Source: Escherichia coli 042
GTDB taxonomy: Bacteria; Pseudomonadota; Gammaproteobacteria; Enterobacterales; Enterobacteriaceae
Reading direction: 5' to 3' (one strand)
Assembly (NCBI RefSeq): GCF_000027125.1
Contig: NC_017626.1
DNA length: 64,000 nucleotides
The stretch's first letter is position 1. Each line of letters begins with the position of its first letter. This document shows, one piece after another, positions 22,276-33,622 of this stretch. The position numbers and the translations under genes are program-made. The notes under the pieces were generated by a model, which was not told the origin of the DNA, ran no database searches, and was given only the letters and a program-made list of their open reading frames with translations.

Positions 22276-23916
22276 ATGGCAATCCACAATCGTGCAGGCC
22301 AACCTGCACAACAGAGTGATTTGATTAACGTCGCCCAACTGACGGCGCAATATTATGTACTGAAACCAGAAGCAGGGAATGCGGAGCACGCGGTGAAATT
22401 CGGTACTTCCGGTCACCGTGGCAGTGCAGCGCGCCACAGCTTTAACGAGCCGCACATTCTGGCGATCGCTCAGGCAATTGCTGAAGAACGTGCGAAAAAC
22501 GGCATCACTGGCCCTTGCTATGTGGGTAAAGATACTCACGCCCTGTCCGAGCCTGCGTTCATTTCCGTTCTGGAAGTGCTGGCAGCGAACGGCGTTGATG
22601 TCATTGTGCAGGAAAACAATGGCTTCACTCCGACACCTGCCATTTCCAATGCCATTCTGGTTCACAATAAAAAAGGTGGCCCGCTGGCAGACGGTATCGT
22701 GATTACACCGTCCCATAACCCGCCGGAAGATGGTGGTATCAAGTACAATCCGCCAAATGGTGGCCCGGCTGATACTAACGTCACCAAAGTGGTGGAAGAC
22801 AGGGCCAACGCACTGATGGCCGATGGCCTGAAAGGCGTGAAGCGTATCTCCCTCGACGAAGCGATGGCATCCGGTCATGTGAAAGAGCAGGATCTGGTGC
22901 AGCCGTTTGTGGAAGGGCTGGCCGATATCGTTGATATGGCGGCGATTCAGAAAGCGGGCCTGACGCTGGGCGTTGATCCGCTGGGTGGTTCCGGTATCGA
23001 ATACTGGAAGCGCATTGGCGAGTATTACAACCTCAACCTGACCATCGTTAACGATCAGGTCGATCAAACCTTCCGCTTTATGCACCTCGATAAAGACGGT
23101 GCGATCCGTATGGACTGCTCCTCCGAGTGTGCGATGGCGGGCCTGCTGGCACTGCGTGATAAGTTCGATCTGGCGTTTGCTAACGACCCGGATTATGACC
23201 GTCACGGTATCGTCACTCCGGCAGGTTTGATGAATCCGAACCACTACCTGGCGGTGGCGATCAACTACCTGTTCCAGCATCGTCCGCAGTGGGGCAAAGA
23301 TGTTGCTGTCGGTAAAACGCTGGTTTCATCTGCGATGATCGACCGTGTGGTCAATGACTTGGGCCGTAAGCTGGTAGAAGTCCCGGTAGGCTTCAAATGG
23401 TTTGTTGATGGTCTGTTCGACGGCAGCTTCGGCTTTGGCGGCGAAGAGAGCGCAGGGGCTTCCTTCCTGCGTTTCGACGGCACGCCGTGGTCCACCGATA
23501 AAGATGGCATCATTATGTGTCTGTTGGCGGCGGAAATCACCGCGGTCACCGGTAAGAACCCGCAGGAACACTACAACGAACTGGCAAAACGCTTTGGTGC
23601 GCCGAGCTACAACCGTTTGCAGGCAGCCGCGACTTCCGCACAAAAAGCGGCGCTGTCTAAACTGTCTCCGGAAATGGTGAGCGCCAGCACCCTGGCAGGT
23701 GACCCGATCACCGCGCGCCTGACCGCTGCGCCTGGCAACGGTGCTTCTATCGGCGGTCTGAAAGTGATGACTGACAACGGCTGGTTCGCCGCGCGTCCGT
23801 CAGGCACGGAAGACGCCTATAAGATCTATTGTGAAAGCTTCCTCGGGGAAGAACATCGCAAGCAGATTGAGAAAGAAGCGGTTGAGATTGTTAGCGAAGT
23901 TCTGAAAAACGCGTAA
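22276..23916 (+). CDS. pgm: Phosphoglucomutase, 546 aa
   Basis: [16 protein letters not shown] start; phosphoserine loop TPSHNP visible. Confidence 0.96.
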   Translation: MAIHNRAGQPAQQSDLINVAQLTAQYYVLKPEAGNAEHAVKFGTSGHRGSAARHSFNEPHILAIAQAIAEERAKNGITGPCYVGKDTHALSEPAFISVLEVLAANGVDVIVQENNGFTPTPAISNAILVHNKKGGPLADGIVITPSHNPPEDGGIKYNPPNGGPADTNVTKVVEDRANALMADGLKGVKRISLDEAMASGHVKEQDLVQPFVEGLADIVDMAAIQKAGLTLGVDPLGGSGIEYWKRIGEYYNLNLTIVNDQVDQTFRFMHLDKDGAIRMDCSSECAMAGLLALRDKFDLAFANDPDYDRHGIVTPAGLMNPNHYLAVAINYLFQHRPQWGKDVAVGKTLVSSAMIDRVVNDLGRKLVEVPVGFKWFVDGLFDGSFGFGGEESAGASFLRFDGTPWSTDKDGIIMCLLAAEITAVTGKNPQEHYNELAKRFGAPSYNRLQAAATSAQKAALSKLSPEMVSASTLAGDPITARLTAAPGNGASIGGLKVMTDNGWFAARPSGTEDAYKIYCESFLGEEHRKQIEKEAVEIVSEVLKNA

Positions 23917-23930
23917 ACACATTTAATAAG

Positions 23931-23961
23931 AAAAAGGGCGGTCGGAAGATCGCCCTTTTTT
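23931..23961 (+). terminator. pgm rho-independent terminator
   Basis: AAAAAGGGCG-gtcggaagat-CGCCCTTTTTT. Confidence 0.75.
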
Positions 23962-23971
23962 ACTTATGATT

Positions 23972-24070
23972 GCCTGATGCGCTACGCTTATCAGGCCTGC
24001 GAGGATGGTGCAATATATTGAATTTGCGCTATTTTGTAGGCCGGATAAGGCGTTCACGCCGCATCCGGCA
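23972..24070. repeat. REP/BIME cluster between pgm and ybfP
   Basis: GCCTGATGCGCTACGCTTATCAGGCCT ... TAGGCCGGATAAGGCGTTCACGCCGCATCCGGCA. Confidence 0.8.
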
Positions 24071-24120
24071 TGAACAACGAGCACTTTGCCAACAAACTGA
24101 ATAGCTCAAGGGAATTCAAA

Positions 24121-24615
24121 ATGAAGACCAAAAGGAGTCTGGTCGTCAGAGTGGCATTAATTACCGCCACACTACTGCTGACAGCATGCGCCCAACCTGA
24201 ACAATCATCATTAGCTGGTGACTGGTTACTGACCCCTAAAGATAAAACCAGAGGATTAACGGGTAGCATTGCGGTAAATATTGCGCCTTCCCGGTGTAAG
24301 ACAAATTGCCGTGGCGATAACTTACCTGATAATACCCGCCGCTGGCAGTTGTCAGGCGGGAACGAAAAAGAACTTACTTATCTTCACGATATGTCACCAC
24401 AAGAAAAGAGCAGTTTAAATCGTGGCTGGCAGTGCTACACCTCATTTTTTATGCGGGTTTGCCAGGGCAAGCCTGGCACTCGACCGATTGTTAAAGAGGA
24501 TTATGTCAGCGAAAGCGGATTTTTTGGCTCGATGATGCATGTCGGGATTATTGAGTTGCGACGCTGCCAGTCAGAAAAATGCCAGCAAGAGTTGAAACAG
24601 ATAAATACGCATTAA
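24121..24615 (+). CDS. ybfP: Lipoprotein YbfP, 164 aa
   Basis: MKTKRSLVVRVALITATLLLTAC lipobox; ORF track includes upstream extension. Confidence 0.85.
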   Translation: MKTKRSLVVRVALITATLLLTACAQPEQSSLAGDWLLTPKDKTRGLTGSIAVNIAPSRCKTNCRGDNLPDNTRRWQLSGGNEKELTYLHDMSPQEKSSLNRGWQCYTSFFMRVCQGKPGTRPIVKEDYVSESGFFGSMMHVGIIELRRCQSEKCQQELKQINTH

Positions 24616-24646
24616 ACATATCGCGATGAGTGCCATGCCTGATGCG

Positions 24647-24717
24647 ACGCTGACGCGTCTTATCATGCCTACGGGACGATGTGTAGGCCGGATAAGGCGT
24701 TCACGCCGCATCCGGCA
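24647..24717. repeat. REP/BIME pair between ybfP and kdpE
   Basis: GCCTGATGCGACGCTGACGCGTCTTATCATGCCTAC ... TAGGCCGGATAAGGCGTTCACGCCGCATCCGGCA. Confidence 0.8.
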
Positions 24718-24726
24718 ATTCAGACC

Positions 24727-25404
24727 CTAAAGCATAAACCGATACCCAATACCGGTTTCAGTAATGAAGTGGCGGGGGCGGGCGGGATCCTGTTCCAGTT
24801 TTTGTCGCAGATGTCCCATATAAATACGCAAATAATGACTGTGTTCGACCGCGTTTGGCCCCCACACCTGGTTAAGGAGCTGGCGCTGGGTGAGCACTTT
24901 CCCGGCGTTATTCAGCAGCACCGCCAGCAGGCGGAACTCAATCGGGGTGAGATGCACCTCTTCCTCACCTCGATGGATCACACGAGCTGCTAAATCGACG
25001 GTAACATCGGAAAATTTCACCAGCGGATCGGGCGCGGTGGTGGCGGAGTGGCGGCGTAAAGCGACGCGCAGGCGGGCCTGCAATTCGCCAATACCAAATG
25101 GCTTACTCAGGTAATCATCCGCTCCGGCATCCAGCGCGGCGATTTTGTCGCTCTCTTCGCTACGTGCGGAAAGCACAATCACCGGCACCGCGCTCCACTG
25201 GCGCAGGTCGCGGATAAACTCAATCCCATCACCATCGGGCAGGCCGAGATCGAGAATAATCAAATCTGGCTTACGGGTTGCCGCTTCCAGCAAGCCGCGT
25301 TGCAGCGTTTCGGCCTCATAGACGCGCATACCGTCGCCCTCCAGCGCCGTGCGCAGAAAGCGACGAATAGCCTGTTCATCTTCAACAATCAGAACGTTTG
25401 TCAC
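24727..25404 (-). CDS. kdpE: Response regulator KdpE, 225 aa
   Basis: [17 protein letters not shown] receiver domain plus winged-helix output. Confidence 0.95.
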   Translation of the reverse strand: MTNVLIVEDEQAIRRFLRTALEGDGMRVYEAETLQRGLLEAATRKPDLIILDLGLPDGDGIEFIRDLRQWSAVPVIVLSARSEESDKIAALDAGADDYLSKPFGIGELQARLRVALRRHSATTAPDPLVKFSDVTVDLAARVIHRGEEEVHLTPIEFRLLAVLLNNAGKVLTQRQLLNQVWGPNAVEHSHYLRIYMGHLRQKLEQDPARPRHFITETGIGYRFML

Positions 25405-28085
25405 ATATCCTCATGAAATTCTTCAAGTTCAGGGGCAGTTTGCTGGGGAAGTGTAACACGAAAACAGGCACCACCTTCCGGTCGGTTGAACGCGGTAATG
25501 GTGCCGCCGTGTACATCCACAATCGCCCGACAAATTGCCAGCCCAAGCCCTACCCCCGGCACCGCCGACTCTTTATTCCCGCGAGCAAACTTATCAAATA
25601 TCGTCTGCTCCTGGCCTGGCGGAAGACCGGGGCCATTATCCCAGACATCCAGTTGTAGATTTTCGCCCTCAACGTGGGCATCGATACCAATTTCGGCCTG
25701 CGCACCCGCGTATTTCACCGCGTTCTCCAGCAGATTAATCAGCACCCGTTCAAACAGTGGCCCGTCAACGTGGATTAAGGTCAGCGGTTCTGGCAGAGAA
25801 AGATTGATGGGCGACGGTAAACTCGGTTCCAGCATTTGCAGCGCGCTGCCGACCACTTCTTCCAGCGTTAACCACTCTTTCTTCAAATTAAAGCCGCCGG
25901 ACTGAATTCGCGCCATATCCAGTAGATTATTCACCAGTCGGGTCGTGTTCAGCACATGCTGACGAATCTCGCTGGCCTGGCGGGCGTGGGGCGATCCTTC
26001 GCTCGCCAGATCGAGCGTTAAGATTTCTGCCTGACCGAACAGCACCGTAAGCGGCGTGCGTAAATCATGCGAAAGCGCCGCCAGCAGGGCGTTGCGGATC
26101 TGTTCTCGTTCGCTTGCCATCCGCGCCTGTTCTTCGCTGGCGGTCAGTGTCAGCCGCTCAAGGGCATTGGCGACTAACAGCGTAAACGTCTCCAGCAGGC
26201 GTTGCTGTTCCGGGATCATCAACTGGCGCAGATTCCCCGGTTCCACCACCACCAGCCCGTAGGTTTTCTCACCGCTTTTTAGCGGCAAAATCTGGTACGG
26301 TACACCGGGTAACGTGTCGGTGCCCGCGCCCGCAGGCAGGCCTTTATCAAAACTCCACTGCGCGATGGCATCGTCCCACGGCGTCATTCCTTGCGGATGT
26401 GTTAACGGCTGCAATTTACCGTTGTCATCGGGCAACAACACCTGACTGCGGGCATGAAACGTGGAGGCAATAAATTGTTCGCTGGTGGTGGCGATGTCCT
26501 GCGGACTGCGGCCCACCGCCAGAGCTTTCGACATTTCATATAAGTGCCGTGTGCGTTGCTCGCGGTAACGGGCTACCCGCGCCTGATAACGCACGCCAGC
26601 AGTAAGGTTCCCGATCACCAGCCCGACGGTTAACATCACCGCGAAGGTCAGCAGATATTGCACATCAGAGACGGCGAGCGTGCCGCGTGGGGCGATAAAA
26701 AAGAGATCGAAACTCACCACATTAATGACGGTGGCAACCACCGAAGGCCAGCGTCCATAAAATAGCGCCACCACCACCACGCCAAGCAGATACAGCATCA
26801 CCAGGTTGGCGGCATCAAACGCCATCAGCCACTGCATGGCAATTAAGGTGATAACGGCGCATAACGCGGCGGCAACCACGCATCCCTGAATCTGTACCCG
26901 CCACTTGTCTTTAAAAGAGCGGCTATCCGGCGCGTTGTTTATCGTGCGGGCGGGTGGTTCATCAAGCGCGACCAGCACCTGATCGAGATCGGGGGCGATT
27001 CGCGCCAGTCGGTCAGCAAACGTTTCCCGACGCCACCAGCGGCGCGAGGCCGGGCGACCGAGAATAATCTTGCCGAGATTATGTTCACGGGCATAACGCA
27101 CTACCGCTTTCTCTTCCGCTGGATCAGAAAGTGTTGCCGTCTCCGCGCCCAGCTCCTGCGCCAGACGTAAGGCGCTGAGAATTGCCCGACGTTTTTTCTC
27201 CGGTAAGCGGTGCAGGGCAGGGGTTTCAACATACACAGCGTGCCAGACGCTACCCAGCCGTGACGCCAGCCGCGCCGCCGCGCGGACCAGTTTTTCGCTG
27301 CCGGTGTTATGGCCGATGCATAAAAGGATCGCGTCGCGCGTGTGCCAGACTTTCTCTTCGCCAGGATGCCCCCGCCAGGCGCGCATTTGCTCATCAACGC
27401 GATCGGCAGTACGGCGCAGTGCCAGTTCGCGCAGGGCGATCAGATTACCTTTACGAAAAAAATGTTCAATGGCGCGTTCCGCCTGCCCGGCAATATAGAC
27501 TTTACCTTCTTTCAGCCGTTGACGCAGATCGTCCGGGGGCAAGTCCACCAGCACCACGTCGTCGGCGGCATCGAAAAAAGGATCGGGCACGGTTTCCCGT
27601 ACCTGAATTCCGGTGACGCCGCTGACCACATCATTCAGACTTTCCAGATGCTGAACGTTGACGGTTGTGAAAACATCAATGCCAGCTTCCAGCAGCTCTT
27701 CGATGTCCTGCCAGCGTTTAGGATGACGAGAACCTGGCGCATTACTGTGCGCCAGTTCGTCCATTAAGATCAGCGCCGGACGGCGGGCGAGGGCGGCATC
27801 GAGATCAAACTCGCTGATATGCCGCCCACGGTACGCCTGGCGTTTGGGCGGTAGAACAGCCAGCCCTTCCAGCATTGCGGCGGTATCTTTCCGCCCGTGG
27901 GTTTCAACCACGCCAACCACAATATCCAGCCCTTGCGCCCGCAGTCGCTGGGCTTCTGCCAGCATCGCCCAGGTCTTTCCGACGCCCGCACAGGCACCGA
28001 AGAAAACTTTCAGCTTCCCCCGATGCGGCGCGGCAGTTTGTTCCAGCAGACGATCGGGGTCGGGACGTAAGGGTTCGTTATTCAT
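25401..28085 (-). CDS. kdpD: Sensor histidine kinase KdpD, 894 aa
   Basis: [16 protein letters not shown] start at ATG 28083-28085; Walker [10 protein letters not shown] in the N-terminal KdpD domain; 4-nt overlap with kdpE. Confidence 0.95.
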   Translation of the reverse strand: MNNEPLRPDPDRLLEQTAAPHRGKLKVFFGACAGVGKTWAMLAEAQRLRAQGLDIVVGVVETHGRKDTAAMLEGLAVLPPKRQAYRGRHISEFDLDAALARRPALILMDELAHSNAPGSRHPKRWQDIEELLEAGIDVFTTVNVQHLESLNDVVSGVTGIQVRETVPDPFFDAADDVVLVDLPPDDLRQRLKEGKVYIAGQAERAIEHFFRKGNLIALRELALRRTADRVDEQMRAWRGHPGEEKVWHTRDAILLCIGHNTGSEKLVRAAARLASRLGSVWHAVYVETPALHRLPEKKRRAILSALRLAQELGAETATLSDPAEEKAVVRYAREHNLGKIILGRPASRRWWRRETFADRLARIAPDLDQVLVALDEPPARTINNAPDSRSFKDKWRVQIQGCVVAAALCAVITLIAMQWLMAFDAANLVMLYLLGVVVVALFYGRWPSVVATVINVVSFDLFFIAPRGTLAVSDVQYLLTFAVMLTVGLVIGNLTAGVRYQARVARYREQRTRHLYEMSKALAVGRSPQDIATTSEQFIASTFHARSQVLLPDDNGKLQPLTHPQGMTPWDDAIAQWSFDKGLPAGAGTDTLPGVPYQILPLKSGEKTYGLVVVEPGNLRQLMIPEQQRLLETFTLLVANALERLTLTASEEQARMASEREQIRNALLAALSHDLRTPLTVLFGQAEILTLDLASEGSPHARQASEIRQHVLNTTRLVNNLLDMARIQSGGFNLKKEWLTLEEVVGSALQMLEPSLPSPINLSLPEPLTLIHVDGPLFERVLINLLENAVKYAGAQAEIGIDAHVEGENLQLDVWDNGPGLPPGQEQTIFDKFARGNKESAVPGVGLGLAICRAIVDVHGGTITAFNRPEGGACFRVTLPQQTAPELEEFHEDM

Positions 28086-28650
28086 CAAGCTTATCCAGCG
28101 CCAGATTGAGTTCGACAATGTTGACGACCGGCTGGCCGATATATTTCACCAGCGGTTGTTTGCTGTATTTTGCGATCAGTTGCGTGAGCTGTTCAACGCT
28201 GAGATTACGCGCTTTCGCCACGCGTGGGATCTGCCAGGCTGCCGCTTGCGGGGTGATGTTATTGTCCAGCCCGCTTGCCGATGCCGTCACCAGTTCAACC
28301 GGAACGTTCGCGCTGGCATCAGGGTTAGCGGCCCGTAATGCAGCAACGCGTGCGGCTATTAGTTTATCCAGCTCAGGGTTACTGACCGCCAGATTGCTCC
28401 CGCCAGAAGCCTGTGGATTATAGGGCATTTCTGCCGTTGCCGACGGGCGACCATGAAAATAGCCGTTGCCGGTAAAATTCTGCCCGATTAATGCCGAACC
28501 GCGCACCGTATCACCTTCACGGATCAACGAACCGTTGGCCTGCCAGGGAAACCACCATTGCCCCAGCGCGGTGGTTAGCAGCGGGTAAACGCCGCCAGTA
28601 ATCAATAACAGAAAGATAAATGTCGATAATGCCGGACGTAATCCACGCAT
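28078..28650 (-). CDS. kdpC: K+-transporting ATPase subunit KdpC, 190 aa
   Basis: [25 protein letters not shown]; start chosen at ATG 28648-28650. Confidence 0.93.
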   Translation of the reverse strand: MRGLRPALSTFIFLLLITGGVYPLLTTALGQWWFPWQANGSLIREGDTVRGSALIGQNFTGNGYFHGRPSATAEMPYNPQASGGSNLAVSNPELDKLIAARVAALRAANPDASANVPVELVTASASGLDNNITPQAAAWQIPRVAKARNLSVEQLTQLIAKYSKQPLVKYIGQPVVNIVELNLALDKLDE

Positions 28651-28658
28651 GGTAAACC

Positions 28659-30707
28659 TCACACCAGACCGCAAACGGTCAGCAGTAAATCAATGACTTT
28701 GATACCAATAAACGGCACCAGCAGCCCACCCAGACCATAAATCCATAAGTTACGGCGCAACATGGCAGAAGCGGTAAGCGGTTTATAACTCACGCCTTTT
28801 AACGCCAGGGGAATCAAAAAGACGATAATCAAGGCGTTGAAAATCACTGCACTGAGGATTGCGGAGTCGGGCGAATGCAGGCGCATGATGTTCAGCGCAT
28901 TTAACTGCGGATACGTTGCCGCGAATGCCGCCGGAATAATGGCGAAGTATTTCGCCACATCGTTGGCAATGCTGAAGGTGGTCAGCGAGCCACGGGTCAT
29001 CAGCATCTGTTTGCCAATATGTACCACCTCGATCAACTTGGTCGGGTTAGAGTCGAGATCCACCATATTGCCCGCTTCTTTCGCCGCCTGAGTACCGGAG
29101 TTCATCGCCACCGCGACATCTGCCTGCGCCAGCGCCGGAGCATCGTTGGTGCCATCGCCGGTCATCGCCACTAAACGGCCTTCTGCCTGATACTGACGAA
29201 TCAATGCTAGCTTGGCCTCCGGTGTCGCTTCGGCGAGGAAATCATCGACGCCCGCTTCCGCAGCAATCGCGGCGGCAGTCAGACGGTTATCGCCGGTAAT
29301 CATCACCGTTTTAATGCCCATTTTACGCAACTGCGCGAAGCGCTCTTTAATACCGCCTTTGACGATATCTTTCAGCGCAATAACGCCAAGCACATGGGAG
29401 CCTTCTACTACTACCAGCGGCGTGGCTCCCTGACGCGCAACCTGATCGACTTTTTGATCAACATCGGCAGGGAAGTGACCACCGTTAGCCTCAACATGGC
29501 GGCGAATGGCATCGACAGAACCTTTACGGATCATGCGGTTGTCGATGTTGATCCCGCTCATCCGGCTTTGCGCAGTAAACGGTACAAAGGTGGCATGGAG
29601 CGACTGCACATCGCGCTCGCGCAGGTTAAAACGTTGCTTGGCGAGGATCACAATACTGCGGCCTTCCGGCGTTTCATCAGCCAGCGAAGCCAGTTGTGCG
29701 GCGTCAGCCAGCGTTTTTTCATCCACGCCCTGTGCAGGGATAAACTCCGACGCCTGACGGTTACCGAGTGTGATGGTGCCGGTTTTATCCAGCAGCAGGA
29801 CGTCAACGTCACCCGCCGCTTCAACTGCACGTCCGCTGGTGGCAATCACATTCGCGCCCAGCATCCGACTCATCCCGGCGACGCCGATCGCTGACAACAG
29901 GCCGCCAATAGTGGTTGGGATCAGACAGACCAGCAGCGCCACCAGTACCGTTACACTGACTGCATTACCGCCCCACGCGGAAAACGGCCACAGCGTGGCG
30001 GTTGCCAGTAAAAAGACGATAGTCAGGGCAATCAGCAGGATGGTCAGGGCAATCTCGTTCGGCGTTTTACGTCGCTGTGCGCCTTCCACCATCGCGATCA
30101 TCCGATCCAGAAATGTCTCGCCGGGGTTAACGCTACACTCAATCACCAGCCAGTCAGAAAGAATACGCGTGCCGCCAGTGACGGAGGCAAAATCGCCGCC
30201 GGATTCACGGATCACCGGTGCCGATTCCCCGGTGATGGCGCTTTCATCGACCGATGCGCCCCCTTCAATGACTTCACCATCGCAGGGGATAATATCGCCA
30301 GCTTCCACCAGTACGATATCGCCTTTACGCAGTTGATCGGCGGGAACTTTGTCCGCCGCAGCGCCATATTTCGGCTCACGCAGCTTGCGGGCAAAGGCAG
30401 TTTTTTTCACCCCTTTCAGACTGTTGGCCTGCGCTTTACTGCGGCCTTCTGCCAGCGCCTCGGCGAAATTAGCGAACAGTACGGTGACCCACAGCCAGCC
30501 GCTAATTGCCGCGCTAAACAGCGCATTGCCAGGCATCGCACCGCTTGCCATTGCGATGCAAATACAGGTGGTCAGCAGACTGCCGATCCAGACGATAAAC
30601 ATCACCGGATTGCGCCATTGCGCCTGCGGGTTTAATTTTTTCACCGCTTCTTTCAGCGCCTGAACGACAAGTGTTGGTTCGAATAGCGCCAGTTGTTTAC
30701 GACTCAT
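28659..30707 (-). CDS. kdpB: K+-transporting P-type ATPase catalytic subunit KdpB, 682 aa
   Basis: P-type ATPase motifs DKTGT and GDGTND visible. Confidence 0.96.
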   Translation of the reverse strand: MSRKQLALFEPTLVVQALKEAVKKLNPQAQWRNPVMFIVWIGSLLTTCICIAMASGAMPGNALFSAAISGWLWVTVLFANFAEALAEGRSKAQANSLKGVKKTAFARKLREPKYGAAADKVPADQLRKGDIVLVEAGDIIPCDGEVIEGGASVDESAITGESAPVIRESGGDFASVTGGTRILSDWLVIECSVNPGETFLDRMIAMVEGAQRRKTPNEIALTILLIALTIVFLLATATLWPFSAWGGNAVSVTVLVALLVCLIPTTIGGLLSAIGVAGMSRMLGANVIATSGRAVEAAGDVDVLLLDKTGTITLGNRQASEFIPAQGVDEKTLADAAQLASLADETPEGRSIVILAKQRFNLRERDVQSLHATFVPFTAQSRMSGINIDNRMIRKGSVDAIRRHVEANGGHFPADVDQKVDQVARQGATPLVVVEGSHVLGVIALKDIVKGGIKERFAQLRKMGIKTVMITGDNRLTAAAIAAEAGVDDFLAEATPEAKLALIRQYQAEGRLVAMTGDGTNDAPALAQADVAVAMNSGTQAAKEAGNMVDLDSNPTKLIEVVHIGKQMLMTRGSLTTFSIANDVAKYFAIIPAAFAATYPQLNALNIMRLHSPDSAILSAVIFNALIIVFLIPLALKGVSYKPLTASAMLRRNLWIYGLGGLLVPFIGIKVIDLLLTVCGLV

Positions 30708-30729
30708 ATTCAGTGCTCACTCAATATCA

Positions 30730-32403
30730 TCAGGAGAGATATTCCGCCACCGGACCAAGCGCCAGGGCAGGGATAAAGGTCAGTGCGCCAACCAGCAACA
30801 CGGTGCCGATTAACAGGCCAACAAACAGCGGGCCGTGCGTTGGCAGCGTGCCGGAGCTGGCGGGTTGGCTCTTTTTACTCACCAGCGAACCGGCAATTGC
30901 CATCACCGGGATAATCACCCCGAAGCGACCGACAAACATGCAGAACGCCAGTAAACAGTTCCAGAACGGAGAGTTGGCGCTTAATCCGGCAAAGGCGCTG
31001 CCGTTGTTGTTAGCGGCGGATGACACGGCGTACAGCACTTCGCTAAAACCATGCGGGCCAGGGTTGAGCATGGCGCTACGTCCGGCGTCGGTCATCATCG
31101 CCAACGCCGCGCCCATCAGCACCAGCGTCGGGGTAACCAGAATTGCCAGTGCAGTCAGTTTCATCTCGCGTACGTCGATTTTTTTACCCAGATATTCCGG
31201 TGTACGACCAATCATCAGCCCGGCAATAAACACCGCCAGCAGAACAAACAGCATCATGCCGTAAAGACCAGAACCGACACCGCCGAATACCACTTCACCA
31301 ATTTGCATCAGCCACATCGGCACCATGCCACCGAGAGCGGTAAACGAATCATGCATCGCAATCACCGCGCCACAGGAAGCCGCCGTAGTCACGACCGCAA
31401 ACAGGCTACTGACCAGCACGCCGAAACGGCTCTCTTTACCTTCCATATTGATGCTGCTGTCCGCGCCCAGTGCCAGCAGATGAGGATTACCCTGAACTTC
31501 TGCCCACATCACCACGCCTACGCAGATGACAAAAATCATCGACATCGCCCACAGCAACATGCGCCCCTGACGGTGATCGCCCGCCACTTCGCCAAAGGCA
31601 AAGCACAGCGCTGTTGGGATCAAGAAAATCGCCAGCATTTGCACGAAGTTGGTCAGTGCGGTTGGGTTTTCAAACGGATGCGACGAGTTGGCATTAAAAA
31701 AGCCACCGCCGTTAGTTCCGAGCATTTTGATCGCTTCCTGAGAAGCTACTGGCCCCATTGGTAACAGCTGTTGCGCTCCTTCAATGGTCGTCACAGCCTG
31801 ATAAGGCAAAAAGTTTTGCAGCGCGCCTTGTTGTATAAAAAACAGTGCGATCAGCAATGCTACGGGGGTTAACACCCATAACGTAATCCGCAACAGGTCT
31901 ACCCACGCATTACCCAGCGTGTTCATGCTCTGGCGGGTAAACGCGCGAATAAGCGCAAAAATCACCGCAATCCCGCTGGCGGCAGAAAGAAAGTTTTGTA
32001 CCGTTAGGCCTGCCATCTGGCTGAAATAGCTCAACGTGGTTTCACCGCTGTATGACTGCCAGTTGGTATTTGTGACGAAACTGACCGCGGTATTCAGTGC
32101 CAGATCCCATGACAGTCCCGGCAACTGCTGCGGATTAAGCGGCAGATAGTGCTGACCGAGCAACATAAAAAACAGCACCGCCAGCCCCAGCATATTCAGG
32201 CCAAGAATGGCTGAGAGATACTGCTTCCAGTTCATCTCGCGGTCAGAGACGCCAAGCGCGCGAAAAAGTACGCGCTCAACGCCCGTCGTACCGGGAAGAG
32301 GAATGTCATTAATCAGCCGCGCCAGCCCGCTGCCTAAAGGACGCGCCAGCACCATTAACACCAGTAAAAACGTGGCAATCAGTAAGAACCCTTGCGCAGC
32401 CAT
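30730..32403 (-). CDS. kdpA: K+-transporting ATPase subunit KdpA, 557 aa
   Basis: [19 protein letters not shown] start; ORF track 605-aa call is an upstream extension running through kdpF. Confidence 0.95.
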   Translation of the reverse strand: MAAQGFLLIATFLLVLMVLARPLGSGLARLINDIPLPGTTGVERVLFRALGVSDREMNWKQYLSAILGLNMLGLAVLFFMLLGQHYLPLNPQQLPGLSWDLALNTAVSFVTNTNWQSYSGETTLSYFSQMAGLTVQNFLSAASGIAVIFALIRAFTRQSMNTLGNAWVDLLRITLWVLTPVALLIALFFIQQGALQNFLPYQAVTTIEGAQQLLPMGPVASQEAIKMLGTNGGGFFNANSSHPFENPTALTNFVQMLAIFLIPTALCFAFGEVAGDHRQGRMLLWAMSMIFVICVGVVMWAEVQGNPHLLALGADSSINMEGKESRFGVLVSSLFAVVTTAASCGAVIAMHDSFTALGGMVPMWLMQIGEVVFGGVGSGLYGMMLFVLLAVFIAGLMIGRTPEYLGKKIDVREMKLTALAILVTPTLVLMGAALAMMTDAGRSAMLNPGPHGFSEVLYAVSSAANNNGSAFAGLSANSPFWNCLLAFCMFVGRFGVIIPVMAIAGSLVSKKSQPASSGTLPTHGPLFVGLLIGTVLLVGALTFIPALALGPVAEYLS

Positions 32404-32492
32404 CAGAACGCCTCCGCATTGATCAGGGCATAAACCAGATAACCCAGTAATAAAAACACCAGCAACACGCCGGCTATCACGCCTGCACTCAC
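32403..32492 (-). CDS. kdpF: KdpF, 29-aa hydrophobic subunit of the Kdp complex (GTG start)
   Basis: GTG-initiated [29 protein letters not shown] preceded by GGAGGTG; stop overlaps kdpA ATG by 1 nt. Confidence 0.85.
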   Translation of the reverse strand: MSAGVIAGVLLVFLLLGYLVYALINAEAF

Positions 32493-32573
32493 AGTGCACC
32501 TCCAGTGGCCTAAAAGTGATACCGGAAGGGTAGAATTCTGGCTGCAAAGATTTCGCAAAAATCTTCGGGCGGG

Positions 32574-32596
32574 ATGTAAAAAAAGTATAAAAATGG
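32574..32596 (-). promoter_or_regulatory. KdpE binding site / kdpFABC promoter region
   Basis: Minus strand reads TTTTTATACTTTTTTTACA (TTTATA-N-TTTACA direct repeat) roughly 85-105 nt upstream of kdpF. Confidence 0.55.
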
Positions 32597-32804
32597 CAAA
32601 AGCCATGATTTAACTAATGTTTAGTATTAATTTAACTTTTGTGTAACTTAATTACAGGGTGAATGTAAATAAACCATCAATAAGCAAAAATAAGTGGTCG
32701 GATGAGTAGTAAAATTACACAAAAGGCGGTACTATTTTCATCAGATAAACAAATTCATTTTTCCGGTGCCATTCACCGGGTAGATACAAAAGGGGGAGAA
32801 AAGT

Positions 32805-33011
32805 ATGGAACTCTACAGAGAATATCCTGCATGGCTTATCTTTTTACGCCGTACTTATGCGGTTGCAGCGGGCGTTCTGGCGCTGCCTTTCATGCTTTTC
32901 TGGAAAGACCGCGCCCGCTTTTACAGCTACCTGCACCGCGTCTGGTCGAAAACCAGCGATAAACCGGTGTGGATGGATCAGGCCGAAAAGGCAACTGGTG
33001 ATTTTTACTGA
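32805..33011 (+). CDS. ybfA: YbfA (DUF2517 small protein), 68 aa
   Basis: [68 protein letters not shown]. Confidence 0.88.
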
Positions 33012-33034
33012 TTGCTGAGTTCTGAATACATTGA

Positions 33035-33068
33035 AAACCGCCAGCGGAAACGCTGGCGGTTTTTTTCT
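33035..33068 (+). terminator. ybfA rho-independent terminator
   Basis: ACCGCCAGCG-gaaa-CGCTGGCGGT followed by TTTTTTT. Confidence 0.8.
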
Positions 33069-33112
33069 TTTCGCCGTCTACACTTACTCCTGTAAACCGT
33101 TCAGGAGCAGTA

Positions 33113-33622
33113 ATGAATCAGCAACGATTTGATGACAGCACCCTAATCCGTATCTTCGCCCTTCATGAGTTACATCGACTGAAAGAACATGGCTTAACGC
33201 GCGGGGCGCTTCTCGATTATCACAGCCGCTATAAACTCGTCTTTCTGGCTCATTCCCAGCCGGAATACCGCAAACTTGGCCCGTTCGTGGCTGATATTCA
33301 CCAGTGGCAAAATCTGGATGACTATTACAACCAGTACCGCCAACGCGTAATTGTTTTGCTTTCTCACCTCGCCAACCGACGTGACCACACCAATGTTTTG
33401 ATGCACGTTCAGGGATATTTTCGCCCACATATTGATTCCACAGAACGCCAGCAGCTGGCGGCGCTTATCGACAGTTATCGCCGTGGCGAGCAACCGCTTC
33501 TTGCGCCGCTGATGCGTATCAAACACTATATGGCGCTTTATCCTGACGCCTGGCTTTCAGGGCAGCGTTATTTCGAACTTTGGCCGCGTGTGATTAACTT
33601 GCGCCATGCAGGAGTTTTATGA
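33113..33622 (+). CDS. ybgA: YbgA (DUF1722 protein), 169 aa
   Basis: MNQQRFDDSTLIRIFALHELHRLKEHGLTRGALLDYHSRYK...; 4-nt overlap with phr. Confidence 0.9.
   Translation: MNQQRFDDSTLIRIFALHELHRLKEHGLTRGALLDYHSRYKLVFLAHSQPEYRKLGPFVADIHQWQNLDDYYNQYRQRVIVLLSHLANRRDHTNVLMHVQGYFRPHIDSTERQQLAALIDSYRRGEQPLLAPLMRIKHYMALYPDAWLSGQRYFELWPRVINLRHAGVL

Noticed and set aside
22243-23280. 345-aa minus-strand ORF
   Set aside because: Antisense within pgm; shadow ORF.
30730-32547. 605-aa extended kdpA call, with similar N-terminally extended calls for fldA, seqA, pgm, ybfP, ybfE, asnB, kdpD, kdpC, abrB, sdhC, sdhA and ybgD/P/O/Q
   Set aside because: The ORF track takes the most upstream in-frame start. Internal starts with Shine-Dalgarno sequences that reproduce the known protein N-termini were used instead.
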